Source: Balanoglossus misakiensis
Lineage: Eukaryota; Animalia; Hemichordata
Length of the DNA stretch: 64,000 bases
Assembly (NCBI GenBank): GCA_040954595.2
Contig: CM082577.2
Location: 7,341,846 to 7,405,845, forward strand
Direction of reading: 5' to 3'
The notes beneath the pieces were generated by a model. It worked only from the letters and a program-made list of their open reading frames with translations, did no database searches and was not told the origin of the DNA. The position numbers and the translations under genes are program-made. Each line of letters begins with the position of its first letter. Within the stretch, counting starts at the first letter, position 1. Below are positions 59,981 to 64,000 of the stretch, piece after piece.

Positions 59981-62900
59981 ATGACAATTTTTCGACTTTC
60001 CGAAATATCAAAATTTCTTCATTTTTTTCGAAAAAACCATGGGTTATAGCCCATGAAAATCGTCCAAAAATGACAATTTTTCGACTTTCCGAAATATCAA
60101 AATTTCTTCATTTTTTCGAAAAAAACATGGGTTATAGCCCATGAAAATCGTCCAAAAATGACAATTTTTCGACTTTCCGAAATATCAAAATTTCTTCATT
60201 TTTTCGAGAAAAAAAACATGGGTTATAGCCCATGAAAATCGTCCAAAAATGACAATTTTTCGACTTTCCGAATTATCAAAATTTCTTCATTTTTTCGAAA
60301 AAACCATGGGTTAGAGCCCATGAAAATCGTCCAAAAATGACAATTTTTCGACTTTCCGAAATATCAAAATTTCTTCATTTTTTCGAAAAAACCATGGGTT
60401 ATAGCCCATGAAAATCGTCCAAAAATGACAATTTTTCGACTTTCCGAAATATCAAAATTTCTTCATTTTTTCGAAAAAAACATGGGTTATAGCCCATGAA
60501 AATCGTCCAAAAATGACAATTTTTCGACTTTCCGAAATATCAAAATTTCTTCATTTTTTCGAAAAAAACATGGGTTATAGCCCATGAAAATCGTCCAAAA
60601 ATGACAATTTTTCGACTTTCCGAAATATCAAAATTTCTTCATTTTTTTTGAAAAAACCATGGGTTATAGCCCATGAAAATCGTCCAAAAATGACAATTTT
60701 TCGACTTTCCGAAATATCAAAATTTCTTCATTTTTTCGAAAAAACCATGGGTTATAGCCCATGAAAATCGTCCAAAAATGACAATTTTTCGACTTTCCGA
60801 AATATCAAAATTTCTTCATTTTTTCGAAAAAACCATGGGTTATAGCCCATGAAAATCGTTCAAAAATGACAATTTTTCGACTTTCCGAAATATCAAAATT
60901 TCTTCATTTTTTCGAAAAAACCATGGGTTATAGCCCATGAAAATCGTCCAAAAATGACAATTTTTCGACTTTCCGAAATATCAAAATTTCTTCATTTTTT
61001 CGAAAAAAACATGGGTTATAGCCCATGAAAATCGTCCAAAAATGACAATTTCTCGACTTTCCGAAATATCAAAATTTCTTCATTTTTTCGAAAAAACCAT
61101 GGGTTATAGCCCATGAAAATCGTTCAAAAATGACAATTTTTCGACTTTCCGAAATATCAAAATTTCTTCATTTTTTCGAGAAAAATACCATGGGTTTTAG
61201 CCCATGAAAATCGTCCAAAAATGACAATTTTTCGACTTTCCGAAATATCAAAATTTCTTCATTTTTTCGAAAAAACCATGGGTTATAGCCCATGAAAATC
61301 GTTCAAAAATGACAATTTTTCGACTTTCCGAAATATCAAAATTTCTTCATTTTTTCGAAAAAAACATGGGTTATAGCCCATGAAAATCGTCCAAAAATGA
61401 CAATTTTTCGACTTTCCGAAATATCAAAATTTCTTCATTTTTTCGAAAAAATCATGGGTTATAGCCCATGAAAATCGTCCAAAAATGAAAATTTTTCGAC
61501 TTTCCGAAATATCAAAATTTCTTCATTTTTTCGAAAAAACCATGGGTTATAGCCCATGAAAATCGTCCAAAAATGACAATTTTTCGACTTTCCGAAATAT
61601 CAAAATTTCTTCATTTTTTCGAAAAAAACATGGGTTATAGCCCATGAAAATCGTCCAAAAATGACAATTTTTCGACTTTCCGAAATATCAAAATTTCTTC
61701 ATCTTTTCGAAAAAAAACATGGGTTATAGCCCATGAAAATCGTCCAAAAATGACAATTTTTCGACTTTCCGAATTATCAAAATTTCTTCATTTTTTCGAA
61801 AAAACCATGGGTTATAGCCCATGAAAATCGTCCAAAAATGACAATTTTTCGACTTTCCGAAATATCAAAATTTCTTCATTTTTTCGAAAAAAACATGGGT
61901 TATAGCCCATGAAAATCGTCCAAAAATGACAATTTTTCGACTTTCCGAATTATCAAAATTTCTTCATTTTTTTCGAAAAAAACATGGGTTATAGCCCATG
62001 AAAATCGTCCAAAAATGACAATTTCTCGACTTTCCGAAATATCAAAATTTCTTCATTTTTTCGAAAAAACCATGGGTTATAGCCCATGAAAATCGTTCAA
62101 AAATGACAATTTTTCGACTTTCCGAAATATCAAAATTTCTTCATTTTTTCGAGAAAAAAACCATGGGTTATAGCCCATGAAAATCGTCCAAAAATGACAA
62201 TTTTTCGACTTTCCGAAATATCAAAATTTCTTCATTTTTTCGAAAAAACCATGGGTTATAGCCCATGAAAATCGTTCAAAAATGACAATTTTTCGACTTT
62301 CCGAAATATCAAAATTTCTTCATTTTTTCGAAAAAACCATGGGTTATAGCCCATGAAAATCGTCCAAAAATGACAATTTTTCGACTTTCCGAAATATCAA
62401 AATTTCTTCATTTTTTCGAAAAAAACATGGGTTATAGCCCATGAAAATCGTCCAAAAATGACAATTTTTCGACTTTCCGAAATATCAAAATTTCTTCATT
62501 TTTTCGAGAAAAAAAAACATGGGTTATAGCCCATGAAAATCGTTCAAAAATGACAATTTTTCGACTTTCCGAAATATCAAAATTTCTTCATTTTTTCGAG
62601 AAAAAAACCATGGGTTATAGCCCATGAAAATCGTCCAAAAATGACAATTTTTCGACTTTCCGAAATATCAAAATTTCTTCATTTTTTCGAAAAAACCATG
62701 GGTTATAGCCCATGAAAATCGTTCAAAAATGACAATTTTTCGACTTTCCGAAATATCAAAATTTCTTCATTTTTTCGAAAAAAACATGGGTTATAGCCCA
62801 TGAAAATCGTCCAAAAATGACAATTTTTCGACTTTCCGAAATATCAAAATTTCTTCATTTTTTCGAAAAAACCATGGGTTATAGCCCATGAAAATCGTCC

Positions 62901-64000
62901 AAAAATGACAATTTTTCGACTTTCCGAAATATCAAAATTTCTTCATTTTTTCGAAAAAACCATGGGTTATAGCCCATGAAAATCGTCCAAAAATGACAAT
63001 TTTTCGACTTTCCGAAATATCAAAATTTCTTCATTTTTTCGAAAAAAACATGGGTTATAGCCCATGAAAATCGTCCAAAATGACAATTTTTCGACTTTCC
63101 GAAATATCAAAATTTCTTCATTTTTTCGAAAAAAAAAAACATGGGTTATAGCCCATGAAAATCGTCCAAAAATGACAATTTTTCGACTTTCCGAATTATC
63201 AAAATTTCTTCATTTTTTCGAAAAAACCATGGGTTAGAGCCCATGAAAATCGTCCAAAAATGACAATTTTTGGACTTTCCGAAATATCAAAATTTCTTCA
63301 TTTTTTCGAAAAAACCATGGGTTATAGCCCATGAAAATCGTCCAAAAATGACAATTTTTCGACTTTCCGAAATATCAAAATTTCTTCATTTTTTCGAAAA
63401 AAACATGGGTTATAACCCATGAAAATCGTCCAAAAATGACAATTTTTCGACTTTCCGAAATATCAAAATTTCTTCATTTTTCGAAAAAACCATGGGTTAT
63501 AGCCCATGAAAATCGTCCAAAAATGACAATGCTGCGACTTTCCGAAATATCAAAATTTCTTCATTTTTTCGAAAAAACCATGGGTTATAGCCCATGAAAA
63601 TCGTCCAAAATGACAATTCTTCGACTTTCCGAAATATCAAAATTTCTTCATTTTTTCGAAAAAACCATGGGTTATAGCCCATGAAAATCGTCCAAAAATG
63701 ACAATTTTTCGACTTTCCGAAATATCAAAATTTCTTCATTTTTTCGAAAAAAACATGGGTTATAGCCCATGAAAATCGTCCAAAAATGACAATTTTTCGA
63801 CTTTCCGAAATATCAAAATTTCATTTTTTTGAAAAAACCATGGGTTATAGCCCATGAAAATCGTCCAAAAATGACAATTCTTCGACTTTCCGAAATATCA
63901 AAATTTCTTCATTTTTTCGAAAAAACCATGGGTTATAGCCCATGAAAATCGTCCAAAAATGACAATTCTTCGACTTTCCGAAATATCAAAATTTCTTCAT
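59981..64000. repeat. Tandem satellite, about 88-bp monomer type B (about 45 copies, runs off the window)
   Basis: Unit CATGGGTTATAGCCCATGAAAATCGTCCAAAAATGACAATTTTTCGACTTTCCGAAATATCAAAATTTCTTCATTTTTTCGAAAAAAC, very homogeneous. Confidence 0.98.

Noticed and set aside
59400-64000. CRISPR-like appearance of regularly spaced palindromes
   Set aside because: No unique spacers (whole monomers are near-identical), no cas genes, and the context is a eukaryotic intron

Overview
AT-rich invertebrate animal genomic DNA, probably a non-vertebrate deuterostome such as a hemichordate (inferred from protein similarity and intron style, not provable here). Three spliced genes were rebuilt by hand with GT-AG sites and consistent intron phases. 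(1) The 5' half of an MKK3/MKK6-type MAP kinase kinase on the minus strand (5 coding exons, 104-2752, continuing off the left edge). (2) A complete 11-exon DEG/ENaC channel subunit on the minus strand (4386-12831, 548 aa). (3) Netrin on the plus strand (5 coding exons, 34518-59249; the rest of the C345C domain lies beyond the window). About 21.7 kb of CpG-rich intergenic DNA and the large netrin introns carry enhancer-like motif clusters, one MITE-like inverted repeat and several microsatellites. The last 4.6 kb (netrin intron 5) is a two-part array of related, internally palindromic 87/88-bp monomers with higher-order structure. No tRNA, rRNA, CRISPR array or intact transposase was found. I cannot demonstrate a new biological system. 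The best leads are the palindromic intronic satellite, the MKK3/6-DEG/ENaC-netrin linkage and the motif clusters.
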